Shown in pieces: positions 9,049 through 19,791 of a stretch of 64,000 nucleotides of DNA; positions within the stretch are counted from its first letter, which is position 1; every line of letters starts with the position of its first letter. The DNA comes from a candidate division FCPU426 bacterium. GTDB taxonomy: Bacteria > Oederibacteriota > PGYV01 > Palsa-1178. A program made the translations under genes and the position numbers. The notes beneath the pieces are model-generated. The model saw nothing but the letters and a program-made list of their open reading frames with translations, searched no databases and had not been told where the DNA came from. The stretch is taken from positions 640,001 through 704,000 of the forward strand of contig CAWIXE010000001.1 in the NCBI GenBank assembly GCA_963840035.1. Reading direction: 5' to 3'.

Positions 9049-10323
9049 ATGAAGAAGATTTTTATAAAGACCTTCGGCTGCCAGATGAACCAGTACGATT
9101 CCGAGCGCATGGCGGGAGAGCTCGCCGCCAACGGGTATGAGCTCACCATGGACGAACACGCCGCGGAATATGTCGTTATCAACACCTGTAGCGTGCGGCA
9201 GCATGCCGAGGACAGGGCGATGAGTTTTATCGGAGCGGCTATTAAGACAAAAAAAGTAATAGTGGCCGGGTGCATGGCTGAGCGCATGAAGCAGGAGCTT
9301 GTTGATAAATTTCCGCGCATACACGCGGTGGTCGGGACATTTAACTTTTCCAACATTGCCGAGGTCATAGAGCGAAGGAAATCAAAACTCTACATTGACA
9401 ACATAAATGAGAAATACACCAAGAATTTAAAACGCACGGACAAATACAGGGCCACGGTGGCCATTATGCAGGGGTGCGACAACTTCTGTTCCTATTGCAT
9501 AGTGCCTTACGTGCGCGGCAGGGAAAGAAGCAGGGAAGTATCTGAGATACTCGACGAGATAAAGCTTGTAGCCTCCGAGGGTTTCAAGGAAGTCATGCTT
9601 TTGGGGCAGAACGTAAACTCATACCTGGACAAAGTATCGGGGACGAATTTCAGCGGCCTTATAAAAAAAGCCGCGGAGATAGAAGGCATAGAATTCATAC
9701 GTTTCATGACATCGCATCCAAAGGACCTCTCAGACGAACTCATAGAAGCCATATCATCAACCCCCAAAGCCTGCAGGCACATTCATTTGCCGCTCCAGTC
9801 AGGTTCTGACAGGGTGCTGGATAAGATGAACAGGAAATACACGCAGCAGTGGTACTTGGGCAGGCTGGAGAAGATAAGGCAGGTCATGCCGGACTGCGCC
9901 ATAACCTCGGACATACTTGTGGGGTTCCCCGGAGAGACGGAAGAGGACTTCATGGAGACTGTTAATACGGTTGAAAAGGCGCGTTTTGACGCGGCTTTTG
10001 TATTTAAGTATTCCCTTAGAAAAGGCACAAAAGCCGCTGATTTCGGGGATGATGTAAACGAAAAGGAGAAGTTAAGGCGTCTAAACATTATCCTTGAAAT
10101 GCAGAAAAAAATAAGCGAAGATAGTACAAAGAGGTACGCGGGAAAGACCGTAAAAGCCCTTGTTTACACGCAAAATAAGTTTGAACCGGAGTGCATGGAA
10201 GCCGCTGCCATGAGCAGCAAGAAGATACTCATAAAAGGCGGAAATGAACTGCTTGGTTTTTCCGGGAACGTGCTCATAACCGGCGCCAAAGGCGCCATGC
10301 TTACAGGAGAGGTCATAAAATGA
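9049..10323 (+). CDS. miaB: tRNA-2-methylthio-N6-dimethylallyladenosine synthase
   Basis: TFGCQMN, NTCSVR, GCDNFCSYCIVPYVRG, GQNVNSY, TSHP. Confidence 0.93.
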   Translation: MKKIFIKTFGCQMNQYDSERMAGELAANGYELTMDEHAAEYVVINTCSVRQHAEDRAMSFIGAAIKTKKVIVAGCMAERMKQELVDKFPRIHAVVGTFNFSNIAEVIERRKSKLYIDNINEKYTKNLKRTDKYRATVAIMQGCDNFCSYCIVPYVRGRERSREVSEILDEIKLVASEGFKEVMLLGQNVNSYLDKVSGTNFSGLIKKAAEIEGIEFIRFMTSHPKDLSDELIEAISSTPKACRHIHLPLQSGSDRVLDKMNRKYTQQWYLGRLEKIRQVMPDCAITSDILVGFPGETEEDFMETVNTVEKARFDAAFVFKYSLRKGTKAADFGDDVNEKEKLRRLNIILEMQKKISEDSTKRYAGKTVKALVYTQNKFEPECMEAAAMSSKKILIKGGNELLGFSGNVLITGAKGAMLTGEVIK

Positions 10324-11393
10324 AAAGAATTCTGGCGGCTGTAATGTTCCTTTTTATTACAGCCATATCATACGGCGCGTTTTACGCCAACATGGTGGAA
10401 GAGGACGCCTACATCTCATCCATGGAATCATTTGATAAAAAGGATTTTACCGCGGCTAAAAAAGGTTTTGAGGAATTCCTCGCGAAGTTCCCGGAAAGCA
10501 AATACAAACCCACAGCGCTCTTAAGGCTTGCCGAGCTTAAAGAGGACATGTCTTCCATAGAAAAGGCATATAATGATGTGATGAAAGCTTACCCTGCCTC
10601 GGAGTACGAGGCTGAAGCGGCGTTTTCCCTGGGCAGGATATTTTACTCCAGGGGCGACTATAAAAAATCAAGGGAATACCTGAACATAATACTCAATAAA
10701 TACCCGAATATGGTGTGGATAGAGGAATCCTACTGGTATCTGCTGCTGTGTTACCTGGCTGAGAAAAATTACACCCTTGTGGACAAAGCGTATGCCGAAT
10801 ATCTCTCAAAAAAGGATTTTTTCATCCAGAAAAAAAGGATACAGCTGGCCTACGCGGACTCCCTTATGGAAAGGGATAAATACGCGGAAGCCGCGGCCAT
10901 GTATAAGGAACTAATCGACAAAGCCTCTTCAGACGACAGATACATTTATTTACCCGCTGTTTACAAAAGGGCGGCTGAGGCTTATGAAAAAGCCGGGAAT
11001 GCCGACAGCGCTGAAATACTTTCCACGGACCTTAAGCTTAAATTTCCGGACAGCGACGAGGCAACAGGCAAAGCGCAGAAACCCGCCGCCACAGCGGCGC
11101 CGTCAGCCGCGGCAACGCCGAAGGCGGACATCATACCGACAGTCTCATCTACAGCCGCATCAAAAGAGTTTTATACAATCCAGGTGGGCGCGTACACAAA
11201 TAAAAAGTTCTGCGATTATACGGCAAAACAATATGAGAATAAAAAATATAAGGTGTATGTAAAAAAAGACGGAAAATTTTACCGGCTCATGGTGGGAAAG
11301 TTCAACACAAAAGCCGAGGCCGACGCTTTTGCCCCGGGCTTCGCGAAGAAGGAAAAATTAAAGTCTTATCTGGTTAAGCAGGCGTGGGAGTAG
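10320..11393 (+). CDS. Secreted TPR-repeat protein with C-terminal SPOR domain
   Basis: Signal peptide; FPESKY/YPASEY TPR-like repeats; YTIQVGAY...YRLMVGKF..K.EA. Confidence 0.85.
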   Translation: MKRILAAVMFLFITAISYGAFYANMVEEDAYISSMESFDKKDFTAAKKGFEEFLAKFPESKYKPTALLRLAELKEDMSSIEKAYNDVMKAYPASEYEAEAAFSLGRIFYSRGDYKKSREYLNIILNKYPNMVWIEESYWYLLLCYLAEKNYTLVDKAYAEYLSKKDFFIQKKRIQLAYADSLMERDKYAEAAAMYKELIDKASSDDRYIYLPAVYKRAAEAYEKAGNADSAEILSTDLKLKFPDSDEATGKAQKPAATAAPSAAATPKADIIPTVSSTAASKEFYTIQVGAYTNKKFCDYTAKQYENKKYKVYVKKDGKFYRLMVGKFNTKAEADAFAPGFAKKEKLKSYLVKQAWE

Positions 11394-11615
11394 GAAGGAA
11401 GAGGAAAAACGAGATAAGAGACCGGAGACGGGAATAGCGCAGATGTTTTGGTGTGAGATTTACTCCAATTTCCAGTCTCCTGTCTCTTCAACTCAATGGA
11501 TGTTTCACTATACGGCCAAAACGAAACTGTGCAGATAAGACATTAAATCCCCGTTTTCTTGATAAAACCGGAGGTTTATAGTATAATAAGGTTCATAAAC
11601 CCAAGGAGGGATATC

Positions 11616-12293
11616 ATGGCGGAAAAAGATGCGAAAAAAATAGGATTAAGAATGGTCCAGAAAACGGCGATACTGGGCACTGACAAGGAAGGCAATACCA
11701 CATACAAACTCAGTTTTTTCTCCGAGGACAAGTCGGTAAAGACAAAATCAGGCATGGAAGTTTACGGAATTGAAGTTTTAAATAAGGACGGTGTTTTAAA
11801 ACGCTACGAGCTTTTCGGGGATATCCCGGACGGCGACGTGGTGGAGTATTATGAAAACGGGCAGGTCATGGTGGAAAAGCATTACGTCAACAGCCAGAAA
11901 AACGGCGCGTACATACTTTATTACCCGTCAGGTTCCATGTGGAAGGAAGGACGCTTTGGCAATGACCAGATGATAAGGCTTAAAACTTACGGCGAAAGCG
12001 GGAAGCTTTTAACCGATAAAATTTTCGCTGAAATTGTTTCCATAACGACAGGGGACACAGAAGTCTTTTATAAAAACGGCAGGGAAATTGCCCGCTGGAC
12101 AAAAGGTTCTGACGGAAGCATAAAAAAATACGGCGAGACCATAGACGGCATAGTTAAATATTATGTTGGAAAAACACTTAAGGAAGAGCATATATATGAC
12201 GAGGGCTACCTCGTTACCATGAAGGTCTATAATAAAAAAGGCCAGCTGGTTTCTGAAAAATCGTTTGTCAAGGGCGAAGGGCCGGATAAGTAA
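11616..12293 (+). CDS. MORN-variant repeat (YwqK-like) protein
   Basis: EYYENGQ, YYPSG, TYGESGKL repeats; RBS AAGGAGG. Confidence 0.75.
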   Translation: MAEKDAKKIGLRMVQKTAILGTDKEGNTTYKLSFFSEDKSVKTKSGMEVYGIEVLNKDGVLKRYELFGDIPDGDVVEYYENGQVMVEKHYVNSQKNGAYILYYPSGSMWKEGRFGNDQMIRLKTYGESGKLLTDKIFAEIVSITTGDTEVFYKNGREIARWTKGSDGSIKKYGETIDGIVKYYVGKTLKEEHIYDEGYLVTMKVYNKKGQLVSEKSFVKGEGPDK

Positions 12294-12384
12294 AATTTTC
12301 AATTTACTATTTTCAATTTTCAATTAAGAAAAACAGACCTTATATAATAAGTATAAAACCTGAAATTAACGGAGCATCTTCAAA

Positions 12385-15300
12385 ATGATTAAACGTTTCA
12401 TCATGTTTTTTGCCGCGGTTTTAATTCCGTTAACTGCTTTCGCGGCGGGTGAGATGTTTGATTTTTACATTCCATGGAACGATTCATCTGCTAATGCCAT
12501 AGACCTTTCTTCATTTATCAGCAGGGACGTCGACGCGGAAGGGTATCTGCGCGCCACCGCGGACGGGCACCTGGCTTTAAACTCCGGAAGGATACGCTTC
12601 TGGGGGACCAACCTTACATTCTCCGCGGCTTTCCCCGCCAAATCATACGCTCCGGACCTTGCCGCGCATTTCGCGAAGTACGGCATCAACATGGTGCGCT
12701 TCCATCACATGGACATGTTCGCGTCAACCGAAGGTATCTGGAGGACAACTTCATATGACAGACAGATAGACGATACCCAGCGCGATAAGCTGGAATATAT
12801 GGTTTATCAGCTAAAGCAAAAAGGCGTATATAGCGACATAAACCTGCTGGTGTCCAGGCCTTTTAACAGCCTGACCGACCTTCCTGCCGATATAAATACG
12901 GTTACTGACTGGAAAGTGAGGGCAGCGTTAAGTTTTTTTGACCCGCAGCTCCAGCAGCTTCAAAAAGATTACGCGCAGTCGCTTCTGACACATGTGAGCC
13001 CATATACGGGGCTGACCTTCGCGCAGGATCCTGCCATAGGGTTTATCGAAATAAATAATGAAAACGGGCTGATACAGGCATACCTTTCAAACCAGATAAA
13101 CGCGCTGCCTCCTTTTTATAACAATGAACTTCAGGCGCAGTGGAACGCGTGGCTGAAAGCGAAGTATGCGGCAAACGCGGCCATGACAACCGCGTGGGGC
13201 GTGATGAATACGCCAGCAGGCGCGGAGAAATTGCTCAACAATGATTTTTCATCGGGCGCAATAGGCCCCAGCTGGTCGCTTCAGGTTATGACAACTGCCG
13301 CGGGCAGCGCGGCAGTGACTGCCGACGGCGCCGGCACCGGGTCTGTCAATTCCGCTAAGATAACCATTACAACGGCAGAACCGGCAAACGCGTGGCACGT
13401 GCAGTTCATGCAGGCGGGGTTAAGCGTCCAGACGGGAAAGGCATATACGTTTTCATTCTGGGCAAAGTCGGACAGCAACAGGGCCATGGATATAAACATA
13501 ATGAACAACGCCAATCCGTGGAATAACCTCGGGTTTGCCTCTTCAGTCAACCTAACTTCGGCGTGGCAAAAATTTACTTTTGTGACATCCGTCAATACCA
13601 CTGTAACAACGGCCAGGATAACATTTTCATCCCTTGCGTCAGCCGCGGGAAATATATGGATAACAGGAGCTTCATTTAAGGAAGGCGGAACGCTCGGGCT
13701 TTATCCCGGAGAGGATCTTGATACGGACTCAGTCCTTAATTTTGTAAATACCGGGGGGACGATAGCCAGAACAGACGAGGCAAAGAGGGATTGGTTAAGG
13801 TTTTTAAGGGATACCGAGTTAAACTACTGGACCACCTTGCGCGATTATATAAAAAACACACTGGGAGCGAAGGCCCTCATATTTGGCACAATAGTCGGAT
13901 GCACCACGCCGAACTTAGCCGCCATATTTGACGTGGTGGATACGCACACGTACTGGCAGCACCCGAGTTTCCCCGGCGTTTCTTGGAGCGGGACAGACTG
14001 GTACCAGGCTAATGTGGATATGGCAAACACCATGTCAGGCACGACAGTGGGAAATATAGCGGTAAAGAGGGTTTTAAACAAGCCACTTGCCGTGACAGAA
14101 TACAACCACGCCAGCCCAAACACATACGCGGCTGACGGTTTTTATTTCCTATCCGCGTACGGCGGGCTGCAGGACTGGGACGCGGTGTTTTCATTTGATT
14201 ACGGCGGCGGCAACGGCGGATGGGATATTAAAAAGACAGAAGGATATTTTGCGGTGGGGCAGAACCCTGCAAAGATGGGCTCGTTTATTCCGGCTGCGCT
14301 TTCCTTTATAAGGGGCGATATCGCGCCGGCAAGCCAGCAGATAGTCGCGTCGCTTACAAACGAGGACGAGATTGAGGGCCTGCTCACATCATGGGCATGG
14401 CGGCTCGTGGACGGCACCACAGCGGGCATGGACGAGAGGGAGTCATTTGTCCACAGGACAGCAATAGCCGTGGAAGGGCAATCTGTTCCGGGAGGGTCCT
14501 TAAGCCCGGGTGCGTCAATTCCGGGAAACATTGCCGTCTCGGATACGAACCAGGTAAAGTGGGATTTATCAACGGCAGGAAAAGGCGTGATAACCGCGGA
14601 TACAGGGATGTCAAAATTTATTTACGGATTCATAGGCGGCAACACATATCTGATGTCGGGCGGAGTGACGATTACTGCAGGCGCGACACTTCAGAACGGA
14701 TTCGGTACGCTCGCAATCTCCGCGATAAATGGGGCCTCCATCGCGTCAGCGACAAAAATCGTTGTAACTGCATGCGGCGCTTACCAGAATACAAACCAGA
14801 TATTTTATACATATCCGTCAACTGTTTCAGCATTCCCGCCTGCCTACGGCATAAACCTTACTTCGCGGGACCAGTGGGGCACATACCCGAGCAGGATTGA
14901 GGGAATACCGGCGGTAATTACACTTCCGATACCCTACGCATACGTTAGCGTATGGTCGCTGGGCAGCACGGGAGACAGGGTTTCTTCAGTGGCTGTCACA
15001 AACAGCGGCGGTTTCGCGCAGTTTTCAATAGCGCCGTCATACAGTGCCATGTGGTATGAGGTCGTGGTAAATAACCCGTCATTCTCGCCGACTTTTACAA
15101 AAACACAGACACCAAACTGGACAGCAACCCCGACTTTTACTCCAACACAGACGGCGACACTGCCTACATGCGATACAGTGGATGATTGTGAAAACCTTGG
15201 TACGTCCCAGGACCTCTGGGGCGGCTGGTGGTATACATACCGCGACAGTCTTGGCACGGTTTCTTCAGGCGCGAAAAGAGCCGGCGGGAGCCCTCCTTCA

Positions 15301-16434
15301 CCAGGCGGTTGTTTTTACAGCAGCGGTACGTTCACAGCCGGCGGGTATTGCGGCATTGGGGCAAATCTTTCTTCAGGGGTTTATGTGAACCTATCTTCGT
15401 ATCAGTTTATAAGTTTGTATGTGAAAGGTGATGGAAAACAGTATGACTTAAGAATAAGCACAAAAGGATTCATAGACGCCGCGGCAAATAATTATTACCA
15501 GTACACTTTTACCGCGCCTGCCGCGTGGACTTTGATACAGGCGCCGCTTTCGTCATTTACCCAGCCCGGCGGGACAGCAAGGCCGTTTGATTTAAACCAG
15601 GCAAAGGACCTGCTGTGGGCGGCTGACCAGTCTTACAGCATATATCTGGATGATGTCCAATTTTGCAGGCAGCTGCCGACAATGACAAATACGCCGACAC
15701 CTGTTTCAACAGATACAAATACACCCACAAAAACCGCAACCGCCACTTTTACAAAGACCGCGACAGATACAATTTCCGTGACTTATACGCGGACATATAC
15801 AATAACGGAAACGGACACTGTTTCACCGACAGCGACTGAAACAATCACGGGGACGCCGCCCACTGAAACAATGACACCGAGCATGACGCTGACAGCGACG
15901 GAAACCGTTAGCTATACTGCCACTGATACTTATACGGCCACGCCGAGCGGAACAGGGACGAGCACACACACGCCGACTCTAACGCGCACTGCGACAAATA
16001 CATCCACCCGCACCGCGACTTCAACCAGGACGCGCACCGCAACGCCGACCTTAACCCGCACGCCGCAGCCAACGGCAACAGTGTCGGTAACGCCTACGGC
16101 GACAGTTGCGCAGATAACAGGCGAAGACCTGCCAAAACAGAAACCCGTGCCATATCCCAACCCTTTCAATCCGGATAAGGACGCGCAGCTTAACCTTTCA
16201 TTTTCAACATCAAAGGACATGTCCTCGGGAAGGCTCCGGGTGTTTACGTCGTCATTCAGGCTTGTGGCAGAAGCCGCATTCATTGAGACAGGGGCGGGAG
16301 AACACATAGTATCCGTGCCGTCAAACAGGCTGAAATTCCTGGCAAACGGGCCGTATTATTTTACAGTTGAAGCCGCGTATCAAAATGCGGCAAATGAAAC
16401 CTCAAGAGCCGAAGTTCTGCTCATCGCAAGGTAA
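12385..16434 (+). CDS. Secreted multidomain glycoside hydrolase (GH5-like TIM barrel with inserted CBM4/9, CIA30/CBM11-like module, Thr/Pro linker, C-terminal sorting-like domain)
   Basis: RIRFWGTN, GINMVRFHH, EINNENG (acid/base), VTEYN (nucleophile), W..QF.Q..YTFSFWAK CBM, VKGDGKQY, TPT repeats, PYPNPFNP. Confidence 0.8.
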   Translation: MIKRFIMFFAAVLIPLTAFAAGEMFDFYIPWNDSSANAIDLSSFISRDVDAEGYLRATADGHLALNSGRIRFWGTNLTFSAAFPAKSYAPDLAAHFAKYGINMVRFHHMDMFASTEGIWRTTSYDRQIDDTQRDKLEYMVYQLKQKGVYSDINLLVSRPFNSLTDLPADINTVTDWKVRAALSFFDPQLQQLQKDYAQSLLTHVSPYTGLTFAQDPAIGFIEINNENGLIQAYLSNQINALPPFYNNELQAQWNAWLKAKYAANAAMTTAWGVMNTPAGAEKLLNNDFSSGAIGPSWSLQVMTTAAGSAAVTADGAGTGSVNSAKITITTAEPANAWHVQFMQAGLSVQTGKAYTFSFWAKSDSNRAMDINIMNNANPWNNLGFASSVNLTSAWQKFTFVTSVNTTVTTARITFSSLASAAGNIWITGASFKEGGTLGLYPGEDLDTDSVLNFVNTGGTIARTDEAKRDWLRFLRDTELNYWTTLRDYIKNTLGAKALIFGTIVGCTTPNLAAIFDVVDTHTYWQHPSFPGVSWSGTDWYQANVDMANTMSGTTVGNIAVKRVLNKPLAVTEYNHASPNTYAADGFYFLSAYGGLQDWDAVFSFDYGGGNGGWDIKKTEGYFAVGQNPAKMGSFIPAALSFIRGDIAPASQQIVASLTNEDEIEGLLTSWAWRLVDGTTAGMDERESFVHRTAIAVEGQSVPGGSLSPGASIPGNIAVSDTNQVKWDLSTAGKGVITADTGMSKFIYGFIGGNTYLMSGGVTITAGATLQNGFGTLAISAINGASIASATKIVVTACGAYQNTNQIFYTYPSTVSAFPPAYGINLTSRDQWGTYPSRIEGIPAVITLPIPYAYVSVWSLGSTGDRVSSVAVTNSGGFAQFSIAPSYSAMWYEVVVNNPSFSPTFTKTQTPNWTATPTFTPTQTATLPTCDTVDDCENLGTSQDLWGGWWYTYRDSLGTVSSGAKRAGGSPPSPGGCFYSSGTFTAGGYCGIGANLSSGVYVNLSSYQFISLYVKGDGKQYDLRISTKGFIDAAANNYYQYTFTAPAAWTLIQAPLSSFTQPGGTARPFDLNQAKDLLWAADQSYSIYLDDVQFCRQLPTMTNTPTPVSTDTNTPTKTATATFTKTATDTISVTYTRTYTITETDTVSPTATETITGTPPTETMTPSMTLTATETVSYTATDTYTATPSGTGTSTHTPTLTRTATNTSTRTATSTRTRTATPTLTRTPQPTATVSVTPTATVAQITGEDLPKQKPVPYPNPFNPDKDAQLNLSFSTSKDMSSGRLRVFTSSFRLVAEAAFIETGAGEHIVSVPSNRLKFLANGPYYFTVEAAYQNAANETSRAEVLLIAR

Positions 16435-16480
16435 AAAAGTTTGACATAAATATACTGAAGTGGTAATATTTAAAAAGAAA

Positions 16481-16563
16481 GACGGGGTGGTGCCGCCAAA
16501 AAACGACTGCATCTGAGAATATACCCGATGAACCTGATCCGGATAATGCCGGCGGAGGAAGAG
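16481..16563 (+). ncRNA. TPP riboswitch
   Basis: GGGGTG...CTGAGA...ACCCG.TGAACCTGATCCGGATAATGCCGGCGGAGGAA; promoter TTGACA(16441)/TAATAT upstream. Confidence 0.92.
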
Positions 16564-16602
16564 TAATTAATTTTAAATTTGAAATTTTAAATTTGAAATT
16601 GA

Positions 16603-16638
16603 GGCCTTCAACCCAATGCCGGGATTGAAGGCTTTTTT
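16603..16638 (+). terminator. Expression-platform terminator of the TPP riboswitch
   Basis: GCCTTCAA.CC...GG.TTGAAGGC followed by T tract. Confidence 0.75.
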
Positions 16639-16677
16639 GTTTATTAGGCTCAATTTCAAAACTATATGGAGGGTTTT

Positions 16678-17736
16678 ATGGCTGAACTGGTTGAAATAGG
16701 GAAAATATCACCGGATTTTTTTGACGAGACCATATATCCGGCGCTCGGAAAAAAGAACCCGAGAGTCCTGGTCGGACCGGAACACGGCGTGGATATAGCG
16801 ATTGTTGATATCGGCGGGGGAAAGGTTATGGCCACCACCACTGACCCTGTTTTCATAGTGCCTGAGTACGGTTTTGAGCGGGCCGCGTGGTTTGCCATAC
16901 ATATACTTGTCTCTGACGTTGTGACATCGGGTTTTAAGCCTTCATACATGACCATAGACCTGAACCTTCCGCTTTCCATAAAAAAGGAAGATTTCAACAC
17001 AATGTGGAGGGTAATGTCGCAGGAGTGCGAAAAAATGGGCATTGCAGTCATCAGCGGGCACACAGGAAAGTACGAGGGGTGCGGCTATCCCATGGTGGGC
17101 GGGGCCACGGTTATGGCAATCGGTGATAAGAACAAGTATGTCACGCCAAAAGGGGCGCTTGTGGGCGATAAAATAATAGTGACGAAAGGCGCTGCCATAG
17201 AAGCTGCCGGGCTTTTTGCCGTGACGTTTGAAAAAAAGATAGAACAGATATTCGGGAAAGATTTTTCAAAAAAGGCATCTGAAATATTTTACAAGATGTC
17301 AGTGGTTGACGACGCGCTTATAGCCGCCTCGGTCGGGGTGCGGGATAAAGGAGTCACCTCCATGCACGACGCCACAGAGTGCGGCATCTGGGGAGGCCTT
17401 TATGAGGTGGCAAACGCCTCGGGCGTTGGCATGAAGATAATAAAGGAGAACATCCTCATACAGCACGAGGTCAAAGCCATCTGTGATTATTTTAAGATGG
17501 ACCCGTACTCTTCCATAAGCGAAGGGACGCTGCTTATAACGGCGCGGCCGGATAAGGCGGAGAAGATAGTAAAAAAACTTAAGGATAACAACATAGATTC
17601 ATCGGTGGTGGGAGCCGTTGTGCCGAAGGAACAGGGTATAAATGTGGTGGAAAAGGGTGTTGAGAAGAAACTTGAGCACCCGCGCATAGACCCGTTCTGG
17701 GGCGCGTTTGCTTTAGAACTTAAGAAAAATTACTAG
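16678..17736 (+). CDS. AIR synthase-related (PurM/ThiL/HypE superfamily) protein
   Basis: GPEHGVD, TTDP, SDV..SG, GHTG, MHDATECG, SEGTLL. Confidence 0.85.
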   Translation: MAELVEIGKISPDFFDETIYPALGKKNPRVLVGPEHGVDIAIVDIGGGKVMATTTDPVFIVPEYGFERAAWFAIHILVSDVVTSGFKPSYMTIDLNLPLSIKKEDFNTMWRVMSQECEKMGIAVISGHTGKYEGCGYPMVGGATVMAIGDKNKYVTPKGALVGDKIIVTKGAAIEAAGLFAVTFEKKIEQIFGKDFSKKASEIFYKMSVVDDALIAASVGVRDKGVTSMHDATECGIWGGLYEVANASGVGMKIIKENILIQHEVKAICDYFKMDPYSSISEGTLLITARPDKAEKIVKKLKDNNIDSSVVGAVVPKEQGINVVEKGVEKKLEHPRIDPFWGAFALELKKNY

Positions 17737-17852
17737 TTAATAATTACGAATTACTAATAAATGTATGCGTCAAATATAATAAACTACGCGAAGCGTTTCC
17801 TTCATTTGTAATTAGTAATTATTAATTGGTAATTAGAATTAGAGGAGGTTTT

Positions 17853-19598
17853 ATGCCTAAAAACTTGGTACTTTTAACACTGCTTATGACGTTTGCGTCG
17901 CAGGTATCGGCTGTAATGGAGATCGTGGTCCAACCGGAAGAAGAGAGCTATATTTATGACTACAAATATACAACCGGGCAGATCAGCGCGGAAAAGCCCG
18001 TAAGCCTGGGCGGAATATTAAACTCCATATCCGAGATAAACATCGCTTCAAAGGGTTTTTCGGCAATCTTAAACGATATTTCCATAAATGGCGGGACGTT
18101 TGAGCAGACAGCCGTGCTTTTGGACGGCGTGAAGGTCAATGACAGCCAGACAGGCCACTTTAACCTGGACGTGCCGGTTCCTTCCATATATATAGGCGGG
18201 CTCACGATATTGAAAAACGGAAGTTCATCCATAGGCGCGGGAGGATTTACCGGGCTTGTGAACATTGAAACGCCGCAGTACGACAAAGACCTCATAAAGT
18301 CATATTTTGAATACGGCACATACAACACCATATATTCAGGGCTCCTGTTTACCAGGAAGTTCTCGGACTTAATCGTGAACTTAAGCGCCGAGAGCGATTC
18401 CTCGGACGGGTACCACGCTGACACTGATTTTTACAAGAATACGGCCATGGTGGATTTAAAATACGGAAAACTATGCGCTGTAAAGTTCGGGTATGACGAG
18501 AAATCATACGGCGCTTACGATTTTTATTCGCCGGGCAGTAATCTGGATTCCTGGGAATATACAGCTACAAAATACGGGTCCCTTGACCTTTTCAAAGGAG
18601 AAGCCTTAAGCGGCGACGCATATTACAGGTCGCACTATGACCACTTTATACTTAAGCGCTCCAACCCGGCTTACTATGAGAACAGGCATAACACGGCTGT
18701 ATACGGCGCTGACCTTAAGTATGACTGGAAAATAAACAGCGATAACTCACTGGCGGCAAAATACAACTTCCAGCGGGAGGAAATGCAGAGCAAAAATCTG
18801 GGAAACCATTACAGGGTAAAGAACATGGCTGTTGTTAACGCGTATCTAAAGCCCATAGACGACCTGGTTTCCAATATCAATTTGTCCATGGAAAACTATG
18901 ACGTTTACCGCGGCGTTGACCTGCTTCCATCAGCCAGCTTTGTGTATTCGTTCATGCCGCATATAAAATTTAACGCCGGGTACAGCTATTCGGTGCGTTA
19001 CCCTGATTTTACCGAACTGTATTACAACGACAGCAAGTCCATAGGGAATCCCGGCTTAAAAGCTGAAAAATGCAATGAGTACTCCGGCGGCATGGAGATG
19101 AAACTTGCCGGGTCAAAGCTGAGGCTGTCGGCTTTTTACAGAAACGCGTATGACCTGATAGACTGGGGTAAAAATAATATAGCGGAACCCAAATGGACCA
19201 TCAAAAATATAGGCAGCGTAAATACGGCAGGATACAGCGCCGGGGTGGAAGTACCTTTTGAATGGGCAAACCTTTCGGCCAGCTACACATACCTTGATTC
19301 GTACAGGTCTGAAAGCTTTATTTCCAAATACGGCGTGGCGTACTTAAGGAACAAAGTAACAGCATCCGCGGATTTTGAAGTGTTCACTGTAAAGGTAAAG
19401 GCGGATTATACATTCAAGAATTACATAAACAGGTCAAAGTTCTGCAACAGCCTGGACATAACCTTAAGCCGCACAATCGTTGAAGGCATCGACCTTTCTT
19501 TAAAGGCGGAGAACGCCCTAAACTGGTATTTTGAGGAAACTCCGGGAATACCGGCTGTTGGAAGGATGCTGTCGGTAAGGGTGGAAGCGCAGATTTAA
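17853..19598 (+). CDS. TonB-dependent receptor
   Basis: Plug motif DISINGGTFEQTAVLLDGVKVND.QTGHFNLD; RYPDFTELYY...GNPGLKAE; C-terminal GR....V...I. Confidence 0.85.
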   Translation: MPKNLVLLTLLMTFASQVSAVMEIVVQPEEESYIYDYKYTTGQISAEKPVSLGGILNSISEINIASKGFSAILNDISINGGTFEQTAVLLDGVKVNDSQTGHFNLDVPVPSIYIGGLTILKNGSSSIGAGGFTGLVNIETPQYDKDLIKSYFEYGTYNTIYSGLLFTRKFSDLIVNLSAESDSSDGYHADTDFYKNTAMVDLKYGKLCAVKFGYDEKSYGAYDFYSPGSNLDSWEYTATKYGSLDLFKGEALSGDAYYRSHYDHFILKRSNPAYYENRHNTAVYGADLKYDWKINSDNSLAAKYNFQREEMQSKNLGNHYRVKNMAVVNAYLKPIDDLVSNINLSMENYDVYRGVDLLPSASFVYSFMPHIKFNAGYSYSVRYPDFTELYYNDSKSIGNPGLKAEKCNEYSGGMEMKLAGSKLRLSAFYRNAYDLIDWGKNNIAEPKWTIKNIGSVNTAGYSAGVEVPFEWANLSASYTYLDSYRSESFISKYGVAYLRNKVTASADFEVFTVKVKADYTFKNYINRSKFCNSLDITLSRTIVEGIDLSLKAENALNWYFEETPGIPAVGRMLSVRVEAQI

Positions 19599-19791
19599 CG
19601 GTAATCACATATCCCAAATCACAAATCCCAAAGAAAGCAGGGCAATTGCCTCAATTTGGGATATGTGATTTGGGATTTGTGCTTGCTTTAATGCCAACCA
19701 AAAACCCCCTTCCTGCGTCTAATACTTGCAAGGCATAGGTCTTTGTACTATAATATGCCTTGAAACAGCCTATATATATAAGGAGTGAAAA

